A stretch of DNA of 64,000 bases, from NCBI GenBank assembly GCA_034226945.1, contig CP120459.1, forward strand, positions 682,001 to 746,000, written 5' to 3'. This document shows positions 24,402 to 35,560 of this stretch, in pieces. Every line of letters starts with the position of its first letter. The stretch's first letter is position 1. This DNA comes from Picochlorum sp. SENEW3 (Eukaryota). The notes beneath the pieces were generated by a model. That model did not search any database. It was not told the DNA's origin and worked only from the letters and a program-made list of their open reading frames with translations. Position numbers and translations under genes: made by a program.

Positions 24402-27323
24402 ATGGAAAGGATAGTATCTATGGGCTTGGAGACTGCGCTGCGAGTGGAAGTGCACGGAGGTCTGTGGAGGAATGGGAGAAGGAATATTGGGACGGTTCCG
24501 AAGAGGGTACGAGCCAGGGGAAATACGACGATTGCGTTGCATGCTTTTCAAAAAGGTATTGATAACCTTCACGTGATAGGTAGAGAGCTACAATGGGAGA
24601 AGAGGTTTCCGAATTTGTCAACCAATGCAACAGACGGAAGTCGAGGAAAGGAGTCTCGCGGGGAGAAGGAGGTGTCGATTCTACGAATGTCTCCAGATGA
24701 TGAAAAGTTGGCTCTTAATGCGGGTCATTTCCTGACGAGATTGAAGGAAGCTGGGTTGGTGGATGATGGAGGACGTGTGACAGGACAGGGTGAAGAGTTT
24801 ATTGAGAGAATGAATGCAACCCATATACATTTGGCAATCAATAAAATGTTGAGCATGAATAAGAGGTATCAGACAGTGTTGGCTGTGGTGCGTGATGTTG
24901 GGGAGTACATTGGTGCTGTCAATTTGGCAACAGCCATGCATCGGCTTGGGAGATTGGTTCGGTCGGCAAAAGCTAACAATCCTCATGTTGTGAACAAAGT
25001 GCTGATGCATCCTCAGTACAAAAAGCTGTTGTCGAAGGCTGAGGATTTCATTGACATTATGGAGCCGAGGGCGCTGGCGAATTTTTTGTGGGGAATGGCT
25101 GCTCTGGGGGATCAGAAAAATACTGGTATTGTTCTTCGAGTGGGAGATAGGCTCATGGACATTGACCCGAAAGAGTTGAAAACGCAGGAGATAAGTAATG
25201 TTGTATGGAGCCTGGCGACGTTGGAGATGCACATGCCTGATTTGATGAACAGGATGCTTGCAGCAGCATGTGATAGAATCGATGACTGCGTGCCCCAAGC
25301 ACTGAGCAATATGATTTGGGCTTGTGCGACGCTTCGGCATCATAATTCTCGATTTATTGACGCCGTCGCTGAAAGTGCTGGCCCTCGATTAGACTCCTTT
25401 CAAAGTCAAACGTTGGCAAATACTCTGTGGGCGTATAGTGTTCTTGGAATATACCCCTCTGGGCTTTTCAATGTTGCTGCAGAGGAGATTGTTGATAGAT
25501 TGACATTGAAGGAGAAGTCAGTGGCATCTCTTAAAGCATACAAGCATTTGAAAAAGCCTCGAATGATGCAGCATAGAAAAAATTCAAAGCCAAAACAGAA
25601 CCCAAAGTTTATCGAGAGAGAACAGAGGGCATATTACGAGTTTCGGGGGCAAGAAATTAGCAATGTTTTAATCGCATATGCACGGGGATGCATCATTCAC
25701 CCACAGCTATTGGATTGTCTGGAGACTGAGCTCTGTAGCTCAGTTACTATTGAATCCGATGGAAATCAAGTTCAGATAGATCGTCTGGAACTTTTCACTT
25801 CTCAGGCATTGACTAATACACTTTGGGCGTTTGCAACACTGCGGTGGTATCCTGCCAGATTATTGCCATGCATAACACATGCAATGGGAAAGCTGGTGAG
25901 GAAAATGACTGCACAGGAACTTGCTAATAGTCTATGGTCGTATGCAAGGTTTGCCTATCATCCAGGTAGGGTCATGTGGTCATTTTTGGCCGTCATGTCT
26001 CTGAGGATTGACGAGTTTGAAGCACAGGGGTGCACGAATTCACTATGGGCACTGGCTGTTCTGAAAGCAACTCATTCCCCAGCTTTTATCAAATTGTTGG
26101 AAAGATACATTGCTTTGGAGAGAACATCTGTGTCATTTGGTGAACTTCAATATAATCAAGTATTACAGGCTGTATTACTTGCTCAGTTTGAATCCAGAGG
26201 CGGTAGGGTTGCCTGGCGCCCTGAGGTAGATTTACCAGAGGATGTTGTTGATCGGGCCCTTGACGCATGGGCATCTCAGCAAACATCAACTCAATTAAGT
26301 GGTTTCCATCTTGATGTGAGTGAGGGTCTCAGTAGGCTTGGTATTAGTCATCGTATTGAGCATCTTGTTGCCCGGGATTTACTGTCAATAGATATTGCTG
26401 TACTGACCGAAGGAAGGTGCATTGCTATCGAGGTAGATGGTCCGTTTCATTTCCCAGTAAATGCAAGGACTCCATTGGGCCATACCATGATTCGGAGACG
26501 ATTGTTGCGTGCTGCTGGGTGGACAGTTGTTCCCATACCATGGCATGAGTGGTTTGAGATGCGCACGTGGGATGAGCGACTTCAGTATCTTGCCAAGGCT
26601 CTTGCCAAAGCGGACGATAGTCTTATAGGTCAATTGAAACCCGCAATTGGAGAATTATTATCCACTGAATTTTCCCCTGGACCTGGTTTGGCATCTAAAG
26701 GATCTATTGAGTCAGTAGGGCGCAATACTCCAAGCAGGCAGGACACAAATAATGGTATGGAAGATGCTGAGGATGGTCCGGTGCTCACTTACTCTGATAC
26801 GCTCTATGGTCATTCGAACGGTTCTTCGGGTAATGCTGTTGAGACGGGTCTAATGGATGCTTTGAACAGAGACAATGTTCAACTTACTTCTGGTGCAATC
26901 AGAAGGCTAAAAAGTATGGGTCTGGAGGAGAATGTACGTGAGATTATTTCTCGAAAGAAGAAAAGCAAATCATCTGCGGAGGCGTACCGATCCACCTCAC
27001 TTTATCAGAATATTGACTCTTCCAAAAGACAATATCAAGACGAGGATCAAGGACAGGGCAAGGAGAGCAAAACAAGAAAAGTTTCAGCAGGGAAGAGGAC
27101 AACCTCGCAGCCCGTGACGCGATTCAGTCCCAAATTTGTAGATGAAGCCGGATGGTCACCCTACTGGAATGCCTCGTTTGTTAATGAATCAGAAGGGGAA
27201 GCAAGTGAAGATGTACAAGATGTGAATGATGATGCATCAATGAAAAACTCTGATACCCTTTTCAAAAAAGTCTTACATGGTAAATCTTCTGCGGCAAGAC
27301 AGTCGGATGGAAAAGCAGAATAA
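24402..27323 (+). CDS. Octotricopeptide-repeat / RAP-domain organellar RNA-binding protein
   Basis: Repeats 'PQALSNMIWACATL', 'SQTLANTLWA' and a C-terminal RAP domain 'IAIEVDGPFHF...RRRLLRAAGWTVVPIPWHEW'. Confidence 0.9.
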   Translation: MERIVSMGLETALRVEVHGGLWRNGRRNIGTVPKRVRARGNTTIALHAFQKGIDNLHVIGRELQWEKRFPNLSTNATDGSRGKESRGEKEVSILRMSPDDEKLALNAGHFLTRLKEAGLVDDGGRVTGQGEEFIERMNATHIHLAINKMLSMNKRYQTVLAVVRDVGEYIGAVNLATAMHRLGRLVRSAKANNPHVVNKVLMHPQYKKLLSKAEDFIDIMEPRALANFLWGMAALGDQKNTGIVLRVGDRLMDIDPKELKTQEISNVVWSLATLEMHMPDLMNRMLAAACDRIDDCVPQALSNMIWACATLRHHNSRFIDAVAESAGPRLDSFQSQTLANTLWAYSVLGIYPSGLFNVAAEEIVDRLTLKEKSVASLKAYKHLKKPRMMQHRKNSKPKQNPKFIEREQRAYYEFRGQEISNVLIAYARGCIIHPQLLDCLETELCSSVTIESDGNQVQIDRLELFTSQALTNTLWAFATLRWYPARLLPCITHAMGKLVRKMTAQELANSLWSYARFAYHPGRVMWSFLAVMSLRIDEFEAQGCTNSLWALAVLKATHSPAFIKLLERYIALERTSVSFGELQYNQVLQAVLLAQFESRGGRVAWRPEVDLPEDVVDRALDAWASQQTSTQLSGFHLDVSEGLSRLGISHRIEHLVARDLLSIDIAVLTEGRCIAIEVDGPFHFPVNARTPLGHTMIRRRLLRAAGWTVVPIPWHEWFEMRTWDERLQYLAKALAKADDSLIGQLKPAIGELLSTEFSPGPGLASKGSIESVGRNTPSRQDTNNGMEDAEDGPVLTYSDTLYGHSNGSSGNAVETGLMDALNRDNVQLTSGAIRRLKSMGLEENVREIISRKKKSKSSAEAYRSTSLYQNIDSSKRQYQDEDQGQGKESKTRKVSAGKRTTSQPVTRFSPKFVDEAGWSPYWNASFVNESEGEASEDVQDVNDDASMKNSDTLFKKVLHGKSSAARQSDGKAE

Positions 27324-27341
27324 TACATACATCCTGTAATT

Positions 27342-28490
27342 CTATTCAATGACATACTGAAGCTTGTACTCATTGGGCCTCTCAGTACGAGGTGAGCGAA
27401 GCATGTACCGCATCTGGATCAACAGTAATCTATGATTATCCTTCCTTCTTCTCATCTCAAAAGTACATTCAAGGCTATCTCCAGGACTACATGCTATGTT
27501 TGGATGCACTTGAAATACTTGTTGGCCCCAATGAGTGGCACCTGCTTCATCAGGTGCAGTAGACAGCACCACGGGAAGATCTGCAGGAGATTGAGGACTC
27601 CCTCTAAAATCTGTATCAAAGTACCCTACAAAGCCTTCAATTGACCCATGATCTGTAATTTTCATAGTAAAGGTTGATTTCAAAGGGGCTTTGAGCTCCT
27701 CAAGGGTCACAGTTTTGAGGTCATATGATTTGATCAAGGCAGCTTCTCCAATCACTTGAGAAGGATGAACATCTGCCCATGATGCAGTACTCTTGTAATA
27801 CTCCATCTGCTCCTTTCTAAAGTCCTCAGAAAGACAGTCAAGGTCTACTCCATAGTAGTTGTGCATATCAGACACGAAACTAGCCCAATTTTCCATGCTA
27901 TTCATGAATGCAAAACTTCTCTGGGACGTAAGGTTTGTTCTGATGGGTGCCATGTACAAACGCGCATGGGACGGATACAGTGCACCTTCTGGCTTCAAAA
28001 ATCTGTCTCGAGCAACCAGAACACTATCAAGCATAGATTCTCTCAACAGAAAATACCCCATCCATTCTGATATGATGATGTCAACCTTTTCTGGGATCTC
28101 GACAGATTCAATCACCCCTTGAATCACCTCTATAGTATCACCAAACCCTTGCGCATGCACAATTCGCTTGGCAAACTTGGCCATATCTGTAGCCTCCACG
28201 GCATACACCCTTCTCGCTCCCGCCTTTGCAGCAAATATTGCCAAAATTCCAGACCCTGTTCCCACATCAAGAACAACTTTATCCTGGAAAACCTTATGAT
28301 TCTTCATGCATGCATCAAAGTAAGCTCCTGTCCTTTTATGATCCTCAAGCATATCCTTTTGATGATACAGGTACGAATACGTGCAGAAATAATTGGCAAA
28401 ATCTGTGCTCTCTGGAGCTTGCCCATCCAACTTTGACACCTGCTTCTCATCTCCAACAAGCTCCCTCTGAGTATCATTATCTTGATTCAT
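27342..28490 (-). CDS. PRMT10: Protein arginine N-methyltransferase, plant PRMT10 type
   Basis: Motifs 'DFANYFCTYSYLYHQKDML', 'VLDVGTGSG', 'ISEWMGYFLLRESM', 'THWGQ'. Confidence 0.9.
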   Translation of the reverse strand: MNQDNDTQRELVGDEKQVSKLDGQAPESTDFANYFCTYSYLYHQKDMLEDHKRTGAYFDACMKNHKVFQDKVVLDVGTGSGILAIFAAKAGARRVYAVEATDMAKFAKRIVHAQGFGDTIEVIQGVIESVEIPEKVDIIISEWMGYFLLRESMLDSVLVARDRFLKPEGALYPSHARLYMAPIRTNLTSQRSFAFMNSMENWASFVSDMHNYYGVDLDCLSEDFRKEQMEYYKSTASWADVHPSQVIGEAALIKSYDLKTVTLEELKAPLKSTFTMKITDHGSIEGFVGYFDTDFRGSPQSPADLPVVLSTAPDEAGATHWGQQVFQVHPNIACSPGDSLECTFEMRRRKDNHRLLLIQMRYMLRSPRTERPNEYKLQYVIE

Positions 28491-28840
28491 CGTGTTTCTC
28501 TGAAATATTATACTACCACCAGGTCACTTGTAATCTTCCCAGTGATCTGTTCGTGCATGAGACAATTTAGGCGGACTGTCGATCTGGCATATCGGACATG
28601 ATTGTCATCATGTAACAATTCAAAAATACGAATACTATGCATTTGTCATGGCAAAATATGTGTATACTCCAACCACTTGAGATTCGCAGATCCGAAGTGA
28701 TTCCTTAAAGAGTATATAAAAAAGCGTGTGTGTGTCATTTCTCCCACATATTCCATTGGTAGATACAAGCTCATAGACAAAAAGAATGGAATACGTTGTA
28801 TACGGGGAAGCTTTGTACATGAGCGATTGGTCGGTTTGAT

Positions 28841-29712
28841 ATGACAACGTCAACGCCGACCGAAACCTCTTGGTTGGACGATTACCACGCAGCTGTCAGG
28901 TTACAAACTGAAACTCTTCAATTGATTCAGGTGGGTTTTGTCTCTACCATCTATTAGACAATGTGCATGGTCGCGTGGTCATGGTACTTGGCGAAACTCT
29001 GGAACGGACAAGGTCAACCATCACATTCTACTGGTTTTTGTCCTTGTGCAGGAAAGGAATAGTAAATATCCGGATGGTGGTCCTGAATCTTCGAGATTAA
29101 CCGCCACTGCGCGTCGTAGACTTGGATCTCTCAAATCTCAGATTGATACCTTGCAGGCTCAGTTGGAGTCAGACGCTTGTTCAGCTGTGTACGTGTGTGG
29201 CATGCAATATGTTGTTGTCTGTATCGAATTTTATATTTGTATCATGATGTAGATCTGAGAATGAGAAGAATAGACGGAGGAATCTCTTGCTGGCATTGAG
29301 GAATGATAGGGATGGAATGATTCAGGGGTTGAAGAGGGTAGGGTATCGGAGCGTGAATGTAACTAGTAGAGGTGTAGAGACGGATGTTACAGCTGAGAAG
29401 AACAATGAACAATTGTTGACGATGCAGACGGCGTTAATGGAGGAACAGGATCAGGCTCTAGAGCATTTGGAGAGGTCCACAGTGACGACCAAGCATATAG
29501 CACTCCAGATCAATGAGGAGACGCGATTGCAGAATCGGTTGTTGGAGGATTTTGACCATGAGGTGGATGAGACATCAAATAGGCTTGTGATTGCCCAGAA
29601 AAAGCTCAAAGCTGTGATGCAACGGGCAAATGGATGTGTTGCACCAATGTTACTTTTTGTCATCATCGTAATCTTGTTGGTTGTTCTTGTTCTTGCTTTG
29701 AAAGTATTATAA
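28841..29712 (+). CDS. Qc-SNARE syntaxin, SYP5/syntaxin-8 type
   Basis: N-terminal 'SWLDDY', SNARE motif 'MEEQDQALEHLE...IALQINEE..LQNRLLED' and a C-terminal TM anchor; three exons. Confidence 0.85.
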
Positions 29713-29718
29713 ATTTGT

Positions 29719-30859
29719 TCATGCTTTAATAGCTCGTCTTTTGGGAACTTTGGGCTGATCGTCTTCGTGAGGAGACCAGTAGTATGATGTAGGAGGCTGC
29801 ACATATGGCAGCATTTCCATTTCGCTGGCAGACTCTACAACAGCATGCCAAAACGTGTCTGCATTTGTTTCACCGTTGGCATACTGGCCTCGTCTACTTC
29901 TTTTCAGCATAATAATTTCAAGAACCCCATCCTGTATGTACCATGTGCTCTCTTCTGCCTTGATCTCGCGGTACAGAGTACCTCGCAAAATTGCCCTTTC
30001 ATTGATTTCCACACTCAATCTCTTTGGTTGAAGGTCAACTGACACCTTTGGATCTGTTGCTTCTTGAGCTACATAATCTGAAAGCGGTATGAATACTTCA
30101 ACGTAGGATTGATTTTGCCTCCATTTATAGTTTCCACAGTCGATTCCCAAATCTCTGGGAATATCTATCTGTCTATATGACTGGGAGACGAGTGCCATCT
30201 TTTGCGCCATCTTCTTCTCATCCTCTTCCCGCTTCTTCATCGCTCGTCGCTCCTCTAAGGAAAAAATCGGCTCTGCGAAATGCACGCACAAACTGATGAT
30301 GATGGTGTTAGAGCCCACAATACACAGAAAATGCACACATACCTTGAGGTTTTGGGTCAACTCTTCCATACATTGACTCCATCACATCCTGCCGAGATGC
30401 TCCCGCCCTTTCCAACCTATCTACCTCATCATCTTTCATCACAGCAATTTTACCATGCCGACGCATCCATGTTGCAAATTTAGGTTCAGTCTCCTCAATG
30501 GCATCAGCAAACTCATTCCTCTTGCAATTCGATTTGTGAAATGGCCAGTATTGCTGCATAGAGATGGGTACTTTTCAACACATGTATACAAACAACATGA
30601 TACTACTGATAGAAGAGGAAATGTAGAGCAGGATGTATAAATAAACACAAACCTTTTGACATTTGACTCCACAGAACCAAGTGTTGTGGCACCGGCTGCA
30701 CTTCAATAGATTCTCTGTCTCTCCACAGTTTGCTGCACATAAAATGATGCATATAATCAGTGAATATCATCGCCATGGATGGAATATGAACTGGTCAACA
30801 GACTCACCGCATTCCACACGTTCCTGCCAATCCTCTCGTCGTTCTTCTTGCTGCTGCAT
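29719..30859 (-). CDS. MYND zinc finger plus NudC/p23-like CS domain protein
   Basis: Spliced 'CANCG...CSRC..TWFCG..CQK|QYWPFHK..C' and CS domain 'YKWRQNQSYVEV...EESTWYIQDG'. Confidence 0.8.
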
Positions 30860-31225
30860 ATTTTTGGCCAGGAAAACGTACTATTTTTATAAAATTAAAG
30901 TATAGTCGCAGTGTTTGATACATAGGTGCCCGCATGGGACGATTCCTTTTGAACCTGTCCATGTTCAGGAACGGATGAGAGAAAAAAAGTCAACGGTCAT
31001 CATGTACATGTACTTTTCTTGCGCATGTCCGTAGAATGGACAGATTCTGGATCGAGTACTACATACACTTGACATGTATATTGTTCTTACAGCAAAGACA
31101 TGTAGACAATGATACGAACGACAGAACAAAATGGAAAAGAAATGCTACTCTGGATCACTTTGTGATCTACATGCAAAAGTCAATGATACAGTCATTCGTT
31201 ACGTGAATGGCTTTCACAGCAGTAC

Positions 31226-32419
31226 CTATACGAGGCCATCTGCCATGTTATATGCAGACATATCAACTGGCAATAACATGTCCTCGTCCTCTTCCTCCAT
31301 TCCATGCATCTGTTTCTGGAGGCTCTGCTCAAGAGGGGGGACAGACCATTCCTGAATCGATTTTCTCCTCTCGGCATGCAAAAGTTCATACTCTGCAGTG
31401 TCATCGCTCAAGCGTATTGGTAAAGAACTCGGACCATCAAAAAATGGATAGTCATATGTTGATCTTGAAATATCTTGACGGAGTGGTGCATCAAAAGGAC
31501 GTCCAAAGGGCAATTTGTAATCGTTTCCAGCGAACAAACTACTTGGCACATCATCATCACTTGCAGAGGTAGTAAAGCAATCATTGGCCATCTGCTTGTG
31601 CATGTCCAAGACAGAAACACCAGTAGTTGATGAAGGCAAACTCTTGCTTCGAGACACACGTCTGCTGGACTGCTGTCTCATGGTGGGAAACTCTGAATAT
31701 CCATCCTTCAGTCGGGCAGAAATTCTTCTTTTACGCCTTTCTGTTTTCACAAGGGTTCCTGCGCAGTCCGCATCACGCATCTTTTGCTTTTTGCTCTTCG
31801 TGCCATTCTTTCTGGCTCTACTCTTGCTTGGCAACTTTACTGGGGCAGCACCAATGGCTTCATACAGCTTCCTTCTTAACCACTCATTATTATTACTATG
31901 AGTTGGGGTGCCATACACCAATCTGAACTTTTGCTGCAACTCCTTCTGTCCCATCTTTGTCACATCCTTTGCCGCCTCCTTGACATCCTGTGTACCGAAA
32001 TGAGCAAGAGCTGCAATCCTCTGATCTTGGGATAACCAATGCTTCAGCAAATGATGTGCCTTACTCAAATCTTCTACATTCATCAATCTCACTTCGTCAT
32101 CATCTCCATCATCCTCCTCTTTCTTCTTCCCCTCTGTGAGCATTTTAGATGTTGTCGTCTCTGGAGTCTTGATGTCCTGAATGTCCCCAATCTTCTGCGT
32201 CGGAGTTGCCATGGGGTCCTTCAAGTCGTTACCATGCCTATCATTATTGTTTTTATCCACCGGAGAACCAGCAAAGATCTCAAGCCCCTCCTGCTCCTGG
32301 CATCCATGGGCAGATATGGCATTATTCCTTGCCTCATCTTCCAGCACATGACCTTGCAACATGAGCGTGTTGAAACTGCAACCAACTGCACCGACCCCAA
32401 TCTCTTTCATCGCAAACAT
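31226..32419 (-). CDS. Uncharacterised nuclear protein with a small helical domain and NLS
   Basis: 397-aa ORF with the block 'KMGQKELQQKFRLVYGTPTHSNNNEWLRRKL' and basic clusters. The 5' end is uncertain. Confidence 0.65.
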   Translation of the reverse strand: MFAMKEIGVGAVGCSFNTLMLQGHVLEDEARNNAISAHGCQEQEGLEIFAGSPVDKNNNDRHGNDLKDPMATPTQKIGDIQDIKTPETTTSKMLTEGKKKEEDDGDDDEVRLMNVEDLSKAHHLLKHWLSQDQRIAALAHFGTQDVKEAAKDVTKMGQKELQQKFRLVYGTPTHSNNNEWLRRKLYEAIGAAPVKLPSKSRARKNGTKSKKQKMRDADCAGTLVKTERRKRRISARLKDGYSEFPTMRQQSSRRVSRSKSLPSSTTGVSVLDMHKQMANDCFTTSASDDDVPSSLFAGNDYKLPFGRPFDAPLRQDISRSTYDYPFFDGPSSLPIRLSDDTAEYELLHAERRKSIQEWSVPPLEQSLQKQMHGMEEEDEDMLLPVDMSAYNMADGLV

Positions 32420-33176
32420 CCCACGCTTTCCTGCTACACTGTCTTCAAATCAGAATATTCCTTCAGAATTCTGTAGCTCAACCTGTAGTATGATTCCTTG
32501 ATATCAGGTTCACAATCGATAGTATTCCTTTCAAATCCCAAGATTTATTTTCATTCCTCACTTCTGCATAGATACAATAGAGCATATTAGAATCCTACAA
32601 TAACGCTGTCTCCGAGACACTTCTCCCCAAAGAGAATCTTCTCAGTACCATGTCAATAGATTCGCAGTACCCTGCGACGCACGGCGAGGGAAAAAGCGAC
32701 CTAGGGCACTGGTCGGAATTTCGATCCCTTGCTTGCATCAACGCATATAGGCACAAAAAGCATAACAAACTTACCACAACAACATAAAGTAAAGTGAATA
32801 TCTGTTTGTACGAGGTATCAAGCACGGCTCCTCCTCCGTCTGACAGAGACACGTGCACGTCGGAGGGTCGTCCAAATATCTGACCGTAATATCGCCGAAT
32901 TATACCGTATAGTATATAATAAATTTAATGAACAAAGGTGTGCAGCCCATGACCACATATCTCTCGATCGATGAATTACGATACGTTTCCGAGATTGATT
33001 CCAAGAGATTCCCCTTCATCACGTAGCATTGACCGAATGATTCGATTGGATTCGATGCTTGGCCGATCGATCGCATCAGCTGATGCACTGTCAACGAGGA
33101 CGCGTTGTTGTTGAGCCATCACCATGCTTTTGGATTTCCTCCGCCATCGACACTGTGAATTGGTTTGTTCATTCAA

Positions 33177-34886
33177 TTACATTCTAGGTTTACCTCCGGA
33201 TCCGAGGTCATCATATAGAGAATCCAAATCTCCGTACTTTTGCATGGCCAACTCAGCTTTGAACTTTCTAGCCGTGTCTGTGGCCACTCCTACGAGAATC
33301 AGAACAGATGTGCCCGCAAATCCTCTAAATGCTTGAAGTCCAGTGGTAGCTTCGACTAATGCTGGTGCAGCTGAGAGTGCTCCGAGGAAGGCAGATCCTA
33401 AGACTGACATTCTGTTGAGGGTTTTTGTAATGTAGTCTGCTGTGTTTCTTCCTGGTCGGACGCCAGGAATGGATGCCCCCTGCCTCTTAAGCTGTTCACT
33501 AAGTTCTTTTGGATCCAACTGAAGGAATGTATACAGGTAATTGAACGCGACAATCAGGGCAACATTGCTGGGCAAGTACAGAGATCCACCTGGGGAGAGC
33601 GATGCTGCTGCTTGCTCAACCACTGGTGAGTGTGCATACCGCGCAAGGGCTGATGGTACTGCCAGAAGCGATGAGGAGAAGATGACCGGCATTACTCCAG
33701 TTGCATTCACCTTGAAAGGGAGGTATGCTTGTCTCTGCAGAGATCCTGCTCTGTAACGAGATGCGTATGTCATGGGAATTTGTCTCTCAGCATCCTGAAC
33801 ATATACAATACCCAGGGTAGTCAAAATGAATGCCGTCGCATAGATTGACAAATTGGCTTCTTGCGATGTGGATGCTTGTGTGAAAGCGGCTCCAACTGAT
33901 GAGGGCAACGCTGATGCAATATTTGCAAAAATGAGGATGGATGTTCCATTTCCAAGCTTGAGTTCTGTAATGGTATCTGCTACATGAACCAAGATCATGG
34001 CCCCAGTGGTCAATGTCAGAACACCACCAGCAAGCCAATCAATAGACCAATCATCGACATATGGCCTGATATACGTCAGCTGTCCAGTAGATTGGACCAC
34101 AGCAAATGCAAGGGCAGCCAACTTTTGGTACAGGGTGAATCGAGCTCGGCCCTGGGGCCCCTCTTCTCTCTGAAGCTTTTTCAACGACGGAAAAGCCGTT
34201 GCTAAAAGTTGTAAGAGAATAGAGGCATTAATATACGGCACAATTCCGAGTGAGAATAATCCCACCTTGGAGATTGATCCACCTGACAAGGTGTCAATAT
34301 ACCCTAGCAGTCCAGATCCAGACATGGCATCCGCAAATCTGTCCACATCCACTCCAGGAAGTCTCACATACACTCCCACTCTCGAAAATACAATCAACGC
34401 CAACAAAAGGCCGACCTTTTTGGGCAAATCACTGGAGAAAAAGTCACCACTTCCACCCCCAGAGGGCTGAGCATTTCTACCCCCCAGAGAAGCAGCTCTC
34501 ATCCCATCTCCCCTCCCACGAGAAGATGAACGAAGTGCTACTTCCATAGATGTCGTCAAGTCACCATCCAAGCCCTGAAGAGATATCCCCAACGGATTCC
34601 ACATAAAATCCTCCTCCTCCCTCACCTCTTCTGTATTTTCTCTTTCCCATGACTCTGTATCAGCACCGTCGCTCACCAACCGCTTTCCATTTGTTCCCAA
34701 CCATCTATTCACTCCAAACGAAGGCAAAATTGCACTCCCGGCAGACGCTCCAACCACCACAGTACCCCTCCTGCCTCTCTTCTGTAAACGACACAGCTGA
34801 GCTTTGCGGCAACCTTTGCCCCCAATATCCTGTCCACGCAATCTCATATCATGAAATGCCACTGCATCATATGAAAAAACGGCCAT
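33177..34886 (-). CDS. SCY1: Plastid preprotein translocase SecY (SCY1-type)
   Basis: Transit peptide, then 'DTLSGG...FSLGIVPYINASI', 'GNGTSILIF', 'YLPFKVNATGVMPVIF', 'IPGVRPG', 'GTSVLILVGV'. Confidence 0.9.
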   Translation of the reverse strand: MAVFSYDAVAFHDMRLRGQDIGGKGCRKAQLCRLQKRGRRGTVVVGASAGSAILPSFGVNRWLGTNGKRLVSDGADTESWERENTEEVREEEDFMWNPLGISLQGLDGDLTTSMEVALRSSSRGRGDGMRAASLGGRNAQPSGGGSGDFFSSDLPKKVGLLLALIVFSRVGVYVRLPGVDVDRFADAMSGSGLLGYIDTLSGGSISKVGLFSLGIVPYINASILLQLLATAFPSLKKLQREEGPQGRARFTLYQKLAALAFAVVQSTGQLTYIRPYVDDWSIDWLAGGVLTLTTGAMILVHVADTITELKLGNGTSILIFANIASALPSSVGAAFTQASTSQEANLSIYATAFILTTLGIVYVQDAERQIPMTYASRYRAGSLQRQAYLPFKVNATGVMPVIFSSSLLAVPSALARYAHSPVVEQAAASLSPGGSLYLPSNVALIVAFNYLYTFLQLDPKELSEQLKRQGASIPGVRPGRNTADYITKTLNRMSVLGSAFLGALSAAPALVEATTGLQAFRGFAGTSVLILVGVATDTARKFKAELAMQKYGDLDSLYDDLGSGGKPRM

Positions 34887-35560
34887 CAATCGGAGAATGA
34901 GACACAAATGGTGTACTCTTGCTACCACGTACTACACCCACGGACGCCTGTCATATCTTTCTCGCTGCGTCTGTCGGTAGATCAGAATGCTCTATTTCAC
35001 AAGCTATTCAAATTAGGATAACAATGGGGATCGATCCATTTCTTGTGGATCCGTCTTCTCCACGTGAGATGATGTCCATCTTCATTCCAAAACCATGCAC
35101 ATGTTGGAAGCTTCAGTATGCACGGTCAAAGACACTCTGCTATGGGAAGGACGCAACACCAACACTGTTGAGGAAAATGCTCCTCCTAGAATCAAAATGA
35201 GACTCTGGACTCTGGGGATGATGGAGTATATATAAATTTCATGAAAAGGATCACTGTACATGCATCTTTCATGAACAGGTAGGTCATGTTTGTTCAAAGG
35301 CATCGTCTGGTAAAACTGATCGGCACGTGACAGGGTGGCATTGATTATTTTTTAGCTGCTTGCTGAATATTTTGATTCTTATGGGAGTATAAGAGATGTT
35401 TGATTGTGCAGTTCCGATTGCTTTGAATGAAATAGGTTGATTTCAGGACGACTCAATCGAGGTGAACAGTTTGACTCTCGGGCTGCTACCGTCAACAGAG
35501 GCATAATTCGTCTTGGAATGTATATTAGAGTTGTTGCGTAACTTGTATTGATAAAACAGT

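Noticed and set aside
34887..35560. Large intergenic gap with short ORFs and an imperfect palindrome
   Set aside because: No tRNA, snRNA or coding signature was recognised; it is consistent with divergent promoters and 5' UTRs.
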